From Gonapodya sp. JEL0774 (lineage: Eukaryota): DNA of 20,000 bases. Under the pieces are notes generated by a model that saw only the letters and a list, made by a program, of their open reading frames with translations, was not told the origin of the DNA and searched no databases. The DNA lies in assembly GCA_027604505.1 (NCBI GenBank), contig JADIIX010000060.1, forward strand, positions 116,178 to 136,177, given 5' to 3'. Below, piece by piece: positions 1 to 10,227 of the stretch (positions within the stretch are counted from its first letter, which is position 1; each line of letters opens with the position of its first letter). The position numbers were made by a program, and so were the translations under genes.

Positions 1-930
1 AGGCACCGGGCTGGTTCGTGAATCGCGGGGGATGGGCATGGTATGGACAGCTATGCATGAGGGGTATGGACGGGACAGTGGCGGTCCGGATCGGTGGTGT
101 GGAGTGGTCCGAGTGGAACGGGACCGATGCGGTACAAGGGGTGATCCGGAACGCGGGGATTCCCCAGCTTCACCTGCGACCTGCGGGTGCGGCGCCCCAT
201 GTGAGCCCTGGACCGGATCTGGGGTTTGGCGCCACCACTCGCGCGTGATGGTGGTGTGGTGCAAGGGGGGAGGAGACAGGTCACGCCGGGCGGGGGCAAA
301 CCCCTCCGGCACCCACCGGCGAGGGCGGAGGTGGATGAATCGACGCACGAGTGGAGGTTTGACCGGCTGTGGAACCCGGTGGAATGAAACGTGCCGGTAA
401 GTGACGGGTCGGGATTGGACGCTGGGACGGACACGGACACGACAAGGAGGGGCAACACCGAGACGCGAGGAAACGGAACCGGGAGACGAGTGCGGGGGAT
501 GATCCGATGGGGGACGGGGATGGGGATGGGACACGGGAGCGGCACACAGCACACTACGGGGGTGCGAGTGAGGGCGGGGGCGGGTGGGGGGAGGTGAGCC
601 CGTTGAGCCCGTTGAGCCCGTCAGTGGGCGAGTCGTGATGGGTGGCCGGGGAACAAATGGGGGCGCCTCCGGGGGTTCTGGTGGCAGTCTTGCGTCTCTT
701 GGCTCTGCAAGCATCGGCGGCGGTGAGACTGGCGGTATGATGGTCGTAGGTCTCGTAAGCGTGGCGGGATGAGCGGGGGAAGGCGGCCGGGTAAGGCGCA
801 GCGGGGGTCGGTACGTGGTGGGGTGGGAGGAACGGGGTGTGGGGGTGCGGGTGCGGGGTTTCGTTTCGAACGCTGGAGGTAACCAACCCCTGGTGACAAG
901 GCCTGGAGCTTGGAGAAGGAAATCTCACCA
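1..930 (-). CDS. Partial hypothetical Pro/Ser/His-rich protein running off the left edge (frame and start unresolved)
   Basis: Minus strand is very C-rich. One frame is open from about 924 to base 1 (...PPMLAEPRDARLPPEPPEAP...); another (554-931) has an NLS-like RAKRRKT. Local repeats are multiples of 3 nt (9-mer at 596-621, 6-mers GGGGAT, GGACAC, GGGTGC). No recognisable domain. Confidence 0.35.
596..621. repeat. 9-bp tandem repeat (GAGCCCGTT, about 3 copies)
   Basis: gagcccgtt gagcccgtt gagcccgt read directly; frame-preserving. Confidence 0.85.
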
Positions 931-1855
931 TGGGGACGGGGACGATGATGAACCATGGAACTGAGATGCTGGTTTATGAGAGATGCGGGCACACCACACC
1001 CAGGACCGTGGACACCGGAACACCGAGCAATTGCACTGCTACTATCATTGGCGAATGTACACAATCTGTCGGACATTGCGGTCATCTTCGTCCACGTGAC
1101 AGGGTTGAGGGGTGTGTTCGCTTTGTGCGAGGTGTGTCATGAGCCAGTGGTCGAAGCAAATACTTTGGCACGAACATGACGCTCAGGAAACCTGCAGCCG
1201 TATTCGCCAACCGTCCGCCCACTTGGAGTATGGAGTTCATATCGGTACTTGATTGGAAGAATGCCTTCGCCTGAAAGCCTGTTTGGCCTGATTATGAGTT
1301 GAGCTGGAACGGAAGCTGGCATCGAATTTTTTGCAATTGTTTCGTGAGGTGTGCTACTATGTGTATTTTATAGTTCTGTACGCAGCTTGGACGTTACGAG
1401 CATCGTCCACCGAAGAAAGTGACGGGAAAATTCCTAGAGTAACGTACAGACGCAATCCTGCTAGAAATACCTGCGACACTGCTGTATTTGCCATACCTGT
1501 GAAAGCAAAGGAAATGCTATTCAGCGTGGAGGCTCGTGCCTTTACCCCACCCACCTTCCCAATTGGTTTGGAGAGCCAGTTCCGCTTTACAACCCAGCAC
1601 CAGGCAAAGCCGCGAACACGCTGGCGATCTTCCCCTTTCCAACGCTCAGGCCTTGGACATCTGTCTTAGATCGCCCCCGAGCGTGCTGACCGCGCCAGTC
1701 CCAGGAAACCCAGCGCCGCGTGTCCCCGTCTTTCTTCGCCTCTCCTTGTCCCTCCAACCTCGTTCCACCGCCCGCCTCGCCTGGCTCTTTCCCTAGCGAA
1801 CCACATGCTGAGCTCTGCTTCGTCTTCTGTCATGTCTGCATCCACAGCGAACGGA

Positions 1856-4800
1856 ATGGAGGGCGTCCTCGACTTTTCGCGGGAGTTGGACATTTCACTT
1901 CTCGACAGTGTCGTGGGGACGCTCTATGGACCACCAGGACCAAACGTGAGTGTATTTTCGGGACAAGTGGATCGGTGGATTGTGACTCGAGGGGGGGGGG
2001 AGGGACGGGACGTCTGGGGGGGAGCGATGAAGTGTACACTGGTGCCAAAACAGTTGCGACGGGCGTTTTTTCAAGCTGGATGCCCTGCATTCGACGATCG
2101 CATCTCTGCTATCCTGCATCTGTTTGAGTTTCGACTCACCGAGAGGTCGCGCGGTGGGGACCTCGTGAAGTGATGACATGGTTGGAACAGGGTTCGGGAA
2201 CCGGGGTGACGACCGATGGGGATAACCCGGGAACAAGGACGACAATCTGTATCATGCTCATGAGAGGCAGGATTTCACTGCTTGTGAGGGAGTAGTGCTT
2301 GCGGCTCGAGTGATTCGGGATATCCTGAACAAAGTGCCAACAGGAGGATGAGACGACCATCGCAATCTCGGCACCAAAGTATCTCGTGAACCGGCATTTT
2401 GGACTGTCTATGGCGACTTTAGCAGGGTGGAGTGTCCATGTGGATTCTCTCTAACCACCCCATCCCCCTCTACTTCCTCCGGTCGGATGTATTCTCTCTG
2501 CTCCTCTCATCTTCTTTCGCCTACTCATCCCTCATTGTACGATTACACCGCGCCCATTTCCTCCCGTTATCACGTTTTCTGGGTCCGCTCCCGCCTGTGC
2601 GCACATAGCAACAAATCGCGTCCAAAATTTTGACGGAGTTCCAAAGCCACCCGGACTCATGGCAGCGAGTGGATGGGATATTGGAAAGATCCGGGAATAC
2701 GATGACCAAGGTGAGGAGAACTGATGGGGCTGGGAATGTTTCCGTTCAACGACGTTTGGGAACGGCAGCGAGAGTAGGACGGGTGAAGAGAATCCAGTGA
2801 GCCTGGGATTAGTAGAAGAAGACAATCGCTGTTATCAAGTTCGATTTACATGGGTCCTTCTTCAAGACCGGGGGGGGAGGGATCCCATATCTCTGTCGAT
2901 GACAGCCGAATGTCTATCTGAATATGGGAGATTGTGACGGGCACTGATAATCACCTTGCCCTGTCAGTTTCTTGCCCTCTCTATCCTTGAAAACCTTGTC
3001 AAAACACGATGGAAGATTCTCCCTGTAGACCAACAGCAGGGTGAGTTATTCTGTGCGAGACGAGGTGCAGATTCGTGACTCACTGCATGGGACATTGCGG
3101 CCCCATAACCTAGGCATCAAAAACTTCGTCGTATCCATCATCATCAAAACTTCGGGGGAAGAGATTAATTTGACGAAGGAGCGCACATACTTGGCGAAGC
3201 TCAACATGGTGTTGGTGCAGGTGAACAAATTGCTTCGAAATGACGGGTATCCATGTGTCATATTGACCTATTGTCGCCATGCACTCGCCGGCGTAATCTC
3301 CATTCAGATTCTGAAACAGGAATGGCCAGCAAAGTGGCCTAGTTTCATCCCTGAAATCGTCGCCTCCAGCAAACAGAACGCATCGCTCTGCGAGAACAAC
3401 ATGGCGATTCTAAAATTGCTCAGGTAAGTGGAGATTTTGTACGCCGTCGGTGCAGATGTCAATGATGTTGAGCGCTTTGTGTACAGCGAGGAGGTTTTTG
3501 ACTTCTCCGCAGAGCAAATGACCCAATCTAAGACGAAAACGCTGAAGCAACAGATGTGCAACGAATTTGCGGAAGTGTTTTCGTTGTGTCGGGACGTTTT
3601 GGAAACGGCAACGAAGGTGTCATTGGTACGAGCGACTTTGGAGACCTTACTTCGATTCCTCAGCTGGATTCCGCTCGGCTATATCTTTGAAACCAATATC
3701 ATCCAAATTTTGAGGGATAGAGTGAGAACATTGTTAACATTGCCGTTTGAAGGTCGTAGAAATTGTATTCAATGTCTTCTACCCCACAGTTCCTCGAGGT
3801 CATCATCTTCCGAAACATTACCCTCAAGTGCCTGACTGAAATAGCTTCCCTCTCCGTACCTCCTGAATATACACCGAAAGTCGTGGAGCTGTACCACGCC
3901 GTGACTGCCAGCATTCAGAAGATTATTCCTGCGGGAGCTGGTGAGGTGGAACAGGCACTCTGGGTGGACTTGTAAATTTTCTGGCTCTAATCTCTCTTCA
4001 ATCAAAGAACTCGACGTCATCTACGAATCAAGTGCTACAGATGATGATCAGCAATTCATTCAGAATGTTGCGCTTTTCTTCACCTCCGTTTTCCACCAAC
4101 ACCTTAAGGTGAGTTTTAGTATTCAATACATGAAATCGTGAGAGACGTTTGGAAACGCTTGAACTGTATTTCACGTGTGTGCTTAGCTCCTCGAGGCTAA
4201 CGGCGATAGAGCCGCCCTCCTCACCGGCCATGGGTACCTCCTTCGGATATCCAAGGTGAAGGAACGAGAGATTTTCAAAATTTGCCTTGTTTACTGGGCA
4301 AAACTTGTGAGTGCTTGGGGTTGCAGTACGCGCTTCTGCACGCGAAATTCGGTGATAACCTCCGCTCTCACTCAGTCGGAAGAACTCTTTAATGAAGCTC
4401 GAGCTGCGCCTTTCCATCCCTCCTCTATTCCACTTCTGAACCTCGCAACCTCTAATGGCTCAAATGGTGCGGGTCAATCACGGCTTCAAAATTATGCCGA
4501 ACTCTTGCGGCATCTCCGTGCCGTCATGATCGAGCGCATGGTGAAACCCGAGGAAGTGTTGGTTGTAGAGAACGATGAAGGCGAAATTGTACGGGAGTTT
4601 GTTCGGGAGAGCGATACCGTGCAATTGTACAAGGATATGAAGGAGGTCCTCGTATATCTGACCCACCTGGATATGGAAGATATGGAAACAATAATGATCG
4701 AGAAGTTGAACAGGCAGGTGAGACGCAGATGATGAAAGTTCGAGATGTCATATGTGTGATATCTCACATTGGTTTTTGCTGTGCACAGGTTGACGGTTCG

Positions 4801-7085
4801 GAGTGGTCATGGGACAATCTGAACAAGCTCTGTTGGGCGATTGGCTCGATCTCGGGTTGTATGCACGAGGAAATGGAGAAGCGGTTCCTTGTACAGGTCA
4901 TAAAGGAACTTCTCGGGCTGACGGAAGCGAAGCGTGGCAAGGACAACAAGGCGGTGTGCGCTTCCAATATCATGTATGTGGTCGGCCAGTACCCACGCTT
5001 CCTCAAGCAGCATTGGAAGTTCTTGAAGACTGTCGTCAACAAGAACTTTGAGTTTATGCACGAGTCTCACGAGGGTACGTTGAGCTTGAAACTGCTGTTG
5101 TAGAAAAGTTGCCTCTGAAGATTCTTACAATACCGCTCACAGGGGTTCAAGACATGGCGTGTGATACATTCATGAAGATCGCCACAAAGTGCAAGCGCCA
5201 ATTCATTATGCAACAGACAGGAGAAGTCCAGGCTTACATCGAGGACATTTTGACGCAGATTCCAGAGATTACGTCAGACTTGCAGCCGCACCAAGTGCAT
5301 ACATTCTATGAGGCTGTCGGTCACATGATTTCTGCCGAAACGCGGAAGGCCGTCCAAGAGCGTTTAATCATTAAGTTGATGGAACTTCCGAACGTCGCCT
5401 GGGATACGCATATCGCACATATATCACAAAAACGTGAAGTCCTGAACGAGCCTGAGGTAATTAAAATCTTGGGAAACATCTTGAAGACGAACGTGGCTGC
5501 ATGCACATCTATTGGAGGAGCGTTTGTTGTTCAACTCGGCCGAATATACCTGGAGATGTTGGGACTGTACAAAGAGGCGAGTGAACTGATTTCTCAGCAA
5601 GTTGCGGCGCAAGGTGAGAGGGTCGGCAGTTCCTTCATGATAAGTTCGAGGTCGCTTCATTTTCCCGTTCATCGCAGGGCTCATTGCTGCGAAAACTCCA
5701 CGCGTGCGCGGTTTCCGTACCATCAAGAAGGAGGTTTTGAAGATGATCGAAACATACGTGATGAAGGCCGATGACCTCAATCAAGTCGCCACTAGTATGC
5801 TTCCACCCCTGTTGGAGGCTGTTCTTTTGGACTACAAGCATAATGTAGAGCCTGCAAGGGATGCCGAGGTTCTCAACGTTATGGCAGCGATTGTGTCTCG
5901 TCTGGACGTGGGTGCATGATTGTTACGTCCTCTCTTGCCAGACATAGATTGATCTGCTTTTAATGAATTTTTACTAGGTTCTGATTTTGGATCGTATTCC
6001 TGTCATTCTTGACGCTCTGTTTGAATGTACCCTAAGCATGATCAGCAAAGACTTCTCCGAATATCCCGAGCATCGCTCAGGATTCTTCAAACTGATCCGT
6101 GCCATTAATCAGTACTGTTTCCAAGGTTCGGTTCTATGGGCAATAACAAAATGTTTCTTGGTTGTTTTGGCTTCATCAAAATTCTGACTCTTTTCGTGTA
6201 TTTGAACGAACGTACACGCAGCACTCTGTGTACTTCCCGCACCGCAGTTCAAGCTCATCATGGACAGCATTGTATGGGCATTCAAACACACTATGCGAGA
6301 CATCGCCGAAATCGGCCTTTCCACAATGTCGGAAATTATCGACAACTTTGAGAGAGCCGATCGGTCGCTGTCCAATGCTTTCTTCCTAGCATACTTCGTC
6401 AGTGTGCTCAACGACATCTTTTTTGTTCTCACCGACACGGAGCACAAAGCTGGTTTGTATTCGACAGATTTCCTGGATGTCAGCATTCCATTCGAACTTA
6501 TATGAAATGTATTTGATATTCGCAGGTTTCCGATTCCAAACACAGGTTCTTCAACAGCTTGTCCGTTTGATTGAATCAAACGCCATAGGTGCACCCCTCG
6601 CTTCGGGTGTGCCAGGATTCCCCAACCCAAACGCCTCGAATCAAGAATTCTTCCGCCAATACCTTGCCAACCTCCTCGCCACCGCGTTCCCTCACCTCCA
6701 ACCAAACCAAATTCACGGTTTCATCCACGGTATGGAAACCATGTATGCGGACCCGAATACTTTCAAGCTGCACGTTCGAGATTTCCTTATTCAGCTGAAG
6801 GTAGGCATGGATGCCATCCGGGCCGCTTTCGTTGGTAACCGCACAAATGCTGGGCTCCCGTACGATCTAGGAATTCTCAACTGCAGACAACGCAGATCTT
6901 TTCTTGGACGAAAAGGAGGCCGAGGCTGAAGCCAAAAAGAAGGCTGACTTTGAAGCGAAGTTGCTCATTCCGGGAATGCTGAAACCTTCAGAACGGTGAG
7001 ATCGTAGCTCAGTATGGGACCCTGTCGTGTTTCTGAACCTTTCTTTGATCATTCTGGCAGGCCGGAGGATGGAATGATGGACTGA
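1856..7085 (+). CDS. CRM1: Exportin-1 (CRM1/XPO1), 18 exons
   Basis: Exons 1856-1945, 2609-2710, 2968-3040, 3114-3220, 3308-3423, 3487-3721, 3790-3940, 4008-4108, 4187-4306, 4376-4717, 4789-5074, 5143-5613, 5678-5907, 5978-6125, 6222-6452, 6526-6800, 6871-6995, 7061-7085 join in frame over GT-AG introns. Signature peptides: [109 protein letters not shown]. In-frame upstream ATGs at 1805 and 1832 are alternative starts. Confidence 0.97.
1946..2608 (+). other. CRM1 intron 1 (663 nt) with 5' G-runs and a long 3' pyrimidine-rich tract
   Basis: GTGAGT donor after ...GPPGPN, CATAG acceptor before [12 protein letters not shown]. Introns 3-17 of this gene are only 63-96 nt. Confidence 0.9.
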
Positions 7086-7451
7086 TTGTGATTTACAGGT
7101 TTAGCTATCATGTTGTAGTAATTGGTCTAGAAATTGACCTGCGCACCATTTGACGAAATAGTTGGTCTTTCCCAAGTCGGAGAGATACGGTTCCAACAAG
7201 GATCTATTGGGTTTCTGCGTTACTGGGATACAGGAGACTGATAGCCATGATGAACTTACGTGGAATGTCGCGCTCATATTACAATAATGTACCGAATGCC
7301 GTCCGACCTCCACCTCACAATGATGGTCACAGGATCACCGGTTCTAACGATCGTCTCACACTCGTGCAACAGGTCAAGTATTGTCTATCGCCTGCCTCTC
7401 CAATACACAATGTCTAATTCACATTCATTTATGTATGAATCGAAACCACCC

Positions 7452-9740
7452 TCATTTCGGCACTGTCCTCATAGCCTGCGCCAACCAAATTGCCGCCGAG
7501 TAGACGGCAACACTGCCCGCCTGGTGAGCTGATGCGAGAGGAATTGGGACGAGATAGAGCAGGGTAAATATACCGAGCGCCGCCTGCGGGGAAGTCACAG
7601 GGAGATTAACAAGAACGGTTAGAAGGAAGCACAGAACGACAATCAGTGGGGAAAATTGAATCATACCTGACAATACGCGAGCGCCATCACGGCGTGTAAA
7701 GCAGCTTTAGCTTGCCGGGGAATGGGAAGTCGCCGGCCATATGCGAATAAGGCGGTAGAGGAGACAAGAGTGGTATAAGCCTGCATGTGAAGCAAGGCGG
7801 ATCCCGAAATAATTTTCATGCCAGTACTAATTAGTGCGTACTCATGTGCGAAAGTGCCACAAACCATCGCACTCCAACCTACCAACATCCTATGATCGAA
7901 CTGCACCGCACTAGGATTCTCCACCAAGTTGCGCCACTTCTCTACCTTTTCGCCTTTGGAATCGATCATGTTCCACATGTCGGAAGGTACGATGTTGCCC
8001 CCCATGAATGGCCACTCATTGTAAACCAAGCCGGCGTCGAGGCCGGCCACGAGGGCACCTGGATGGAAATAGTGGAGGTGCCAGACATCAAAAATTGTAA
8101 AGAATTCGTGAAAAGAGGTGGAAAGTGCACGAAATCATTGCACGTACCAGAGAACGACGTTAGGAATACTAAGCCTGCCAAAGCGACAGCTAGTCCTCTA
8201 AGGGGGCGTAGTGCAGGGTTGTTGAGTTTGTCTCGAAGGAGCTTATAGTTCGATCCGGGGTAGGACAGGAGCATGCAAACTTTAGTCAGGAGCGGGGATC
8301 GGTGATTCTGTCGATCCTTCCGATCCGCGCACCTGCAAGTTCTTTGTCCCAACATTTCCCCTCAGCACATCCAATCCTACCCACAATGACCCTCCGTACA
8401 CGAGAAATGCTGTCATCAAGTGAGCCGCCAAGCGATACTGAGACACTCGGGGAAGAGGGTTGGGGCGGGCTTCCAGGTGGTCGGGGTCGAGACCGGATTG
8501 GACCATGTACCAGCCCAGTGCGCCCTGAAATGGATTTGAGAGAGCGGCGAAAAAGTTTAGGCATCGGATTACATGGAGGGGGACTTAGAGTCGATGCTCA
8601 TAGTCCCTCGTTGTGTGCTTGCGCATCACCTCCCCAAACCACCACCTAACAGACTTGACCAAACGGCATATCACGACCGCACAACACACTCAATCCAACC
8701 ACAACTTACCTGTACTCCAATCAACCCACCAATACCGGTAACTCTCCAAAGCGTCTTGTTACTGAAACGGCCCCTCGCTACGAAGTATCCGAAAGGCAAT
8801 AAAAACGCCAGTCCAATAGCCCTTCCCCACATCCGGTGTGCCCACTCGTAGTAAAATATACGCTTGAATTCAGATAAGGAGAGAGAATGGTGCAAACTGG
8901 CATCCACGTTGGCAAGAGGGTTCACAAGGGGTGCGAAAACATTCGATGCAGAGGAGGAGGAAAGACAAACAGAATGAATGAATATAAACCATAGGTCCTA
9001 CCACTGCATCTTTCGCAGTGCGCAGTGAGCTTCTTCCAGCGGGGTTTCTTTGCCCTTCGCCAGATGACCCTTGCGATTGGGGTGAAATCTCACACTTTAT
9101 ATTCTGGAGTCGCCTTGTACTTCGCAAACTCCTCCATCCACTCATCCTCACTGCTTGGCGCCTTCATGCCCTTTATCAGGTTCCATTCCGTTATACTCAA
9201 TCCAGACTCTGTCAACCGTGTCAGTCCACCCAGTACAATGATACCGTAGGTCAATCCAACGAGGGAGAGGAGCCAGTACGCGACGGAGGGCGGATCCGTC
9301 CTTGTGGACGAGTCTGAAGCCGATTCAGAGGAAGAAGATTCGGAAGAAGAGTCGGAATAGGTAGAATCTGCTGTTACAGTTCCTACGGAAGTCGCGAAGT
9401 TCCGTATAGTGTGAACAGGGAGAGTGTGAGCATTGGAAGAGCTCCGAAGACCAAGAGGAGAGTGTCGATTTTCGTAGAAAGGCTGAGAACATCCACGTGC
9501 CGAAGAAGGAAGGACAAGAAAACCACGGTACTGTAGAGTGCCAACGATTTCATTGGCCTCCAAATTGGAAAATAGTGAACCTCCAGTCATCCTCGCCACC
9601 CTGATCGCCCTCTTGGTCGTGTTTACTGAAGTCGCCTTCCCTACCCATTGTGTCTGCCCGTATGTCCCCAAAACTCGACAGCTCAACGATCTGGCAGGTG
9701 CCGCCGAGCGAGCCACGCGCGACACCAGCGGAAAATGCAT
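7452..9740 (-). CDS. COX15: Heme A synthase COX15, 7 exons, with a probable mitochondrial presequence
   Basis: Exons 9740-9094, 8896-8710, 8524-8333, 8241-8148, 8058-7883, 7780-7667, 7583-7452. Motifs [88 protein letters not shown] carry the conserved histidines. Arg/Ser-rich N-terminus [22 protein letters not shown]. Confidence 0.96.
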
Positions 9741-10227
9741 CGAGAAACAAGGAGAGATTGCGGATGCGAATTGAGTCCTGATGCTCGTCAATCAAAGGCT
9801 GGAAAGCTGTCGATTTGAAGTTGAAAGGTTTTTAGTGGTGTTCGATTTCGTGACTCACCTGCCTGACGCAGCGGAGAGACGTGGCCTGCCATCCTTTGTG
9901 GAGCGGAACAATATCAAGCACCATAAACATCTTCGAGTCGAGCAATGGTGGATGTACAGTTATTACTGAGACGCGTCTTCTTGTGGAACCTTTTTGTACA
10001 GATGCATTTCGGTCTATGCAAGATTCCTCGCATCCAAGCCGTGTATGTATGGCAAATTTGTGGTTGAATATAATTTTTTTTCTTCTCAATTGTCGGTATC
10101 TCGTCAAAGCAGAACTTTAGAAATTTCCCGTGGAACTTGGCTTGCGAACGTGAAGTCGCACACACATAGTGACTGCACCAACAAATGTCATTTCCATTCC
10201 TTCACCATCTCATTTCACCTTCTCATA

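Noticed and set aside
1331..1796. Short ORFs in the intergenic region upstream of CRM1
   Set aside because: Non-ATG starts and no recognisable motifs; probably promoter and 5' UTR.
2056..2065. GCGACGGGCG in CRM1 intron 1 (and GACGGGC near 2936 in intron 2) is complementary to the conserved 18S rRNA CGCCCGUCGC segment targeted by snR70/U43
   Set aside because: Only 7-10 nt. The intron 1 copy has no D/D' box after it; the intron 2 copy has the wrong spacing for the known site and its CTGA is better explained as the branch point.
3046..7052. Antisense ORFs over CRM1 (e.g. 6109-6705, 4028-4417), likewise over COX15, the SHOC1-like gene and the ADHs
   Set aside because: Shadows of the real coding frames with no independent coding signal.
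7452..7583. COX15-ferredoxin fusion as in S. pombe Etp1
   Set aside because: The protein ends MRTVPK-stop with no ferredoxin domain following.
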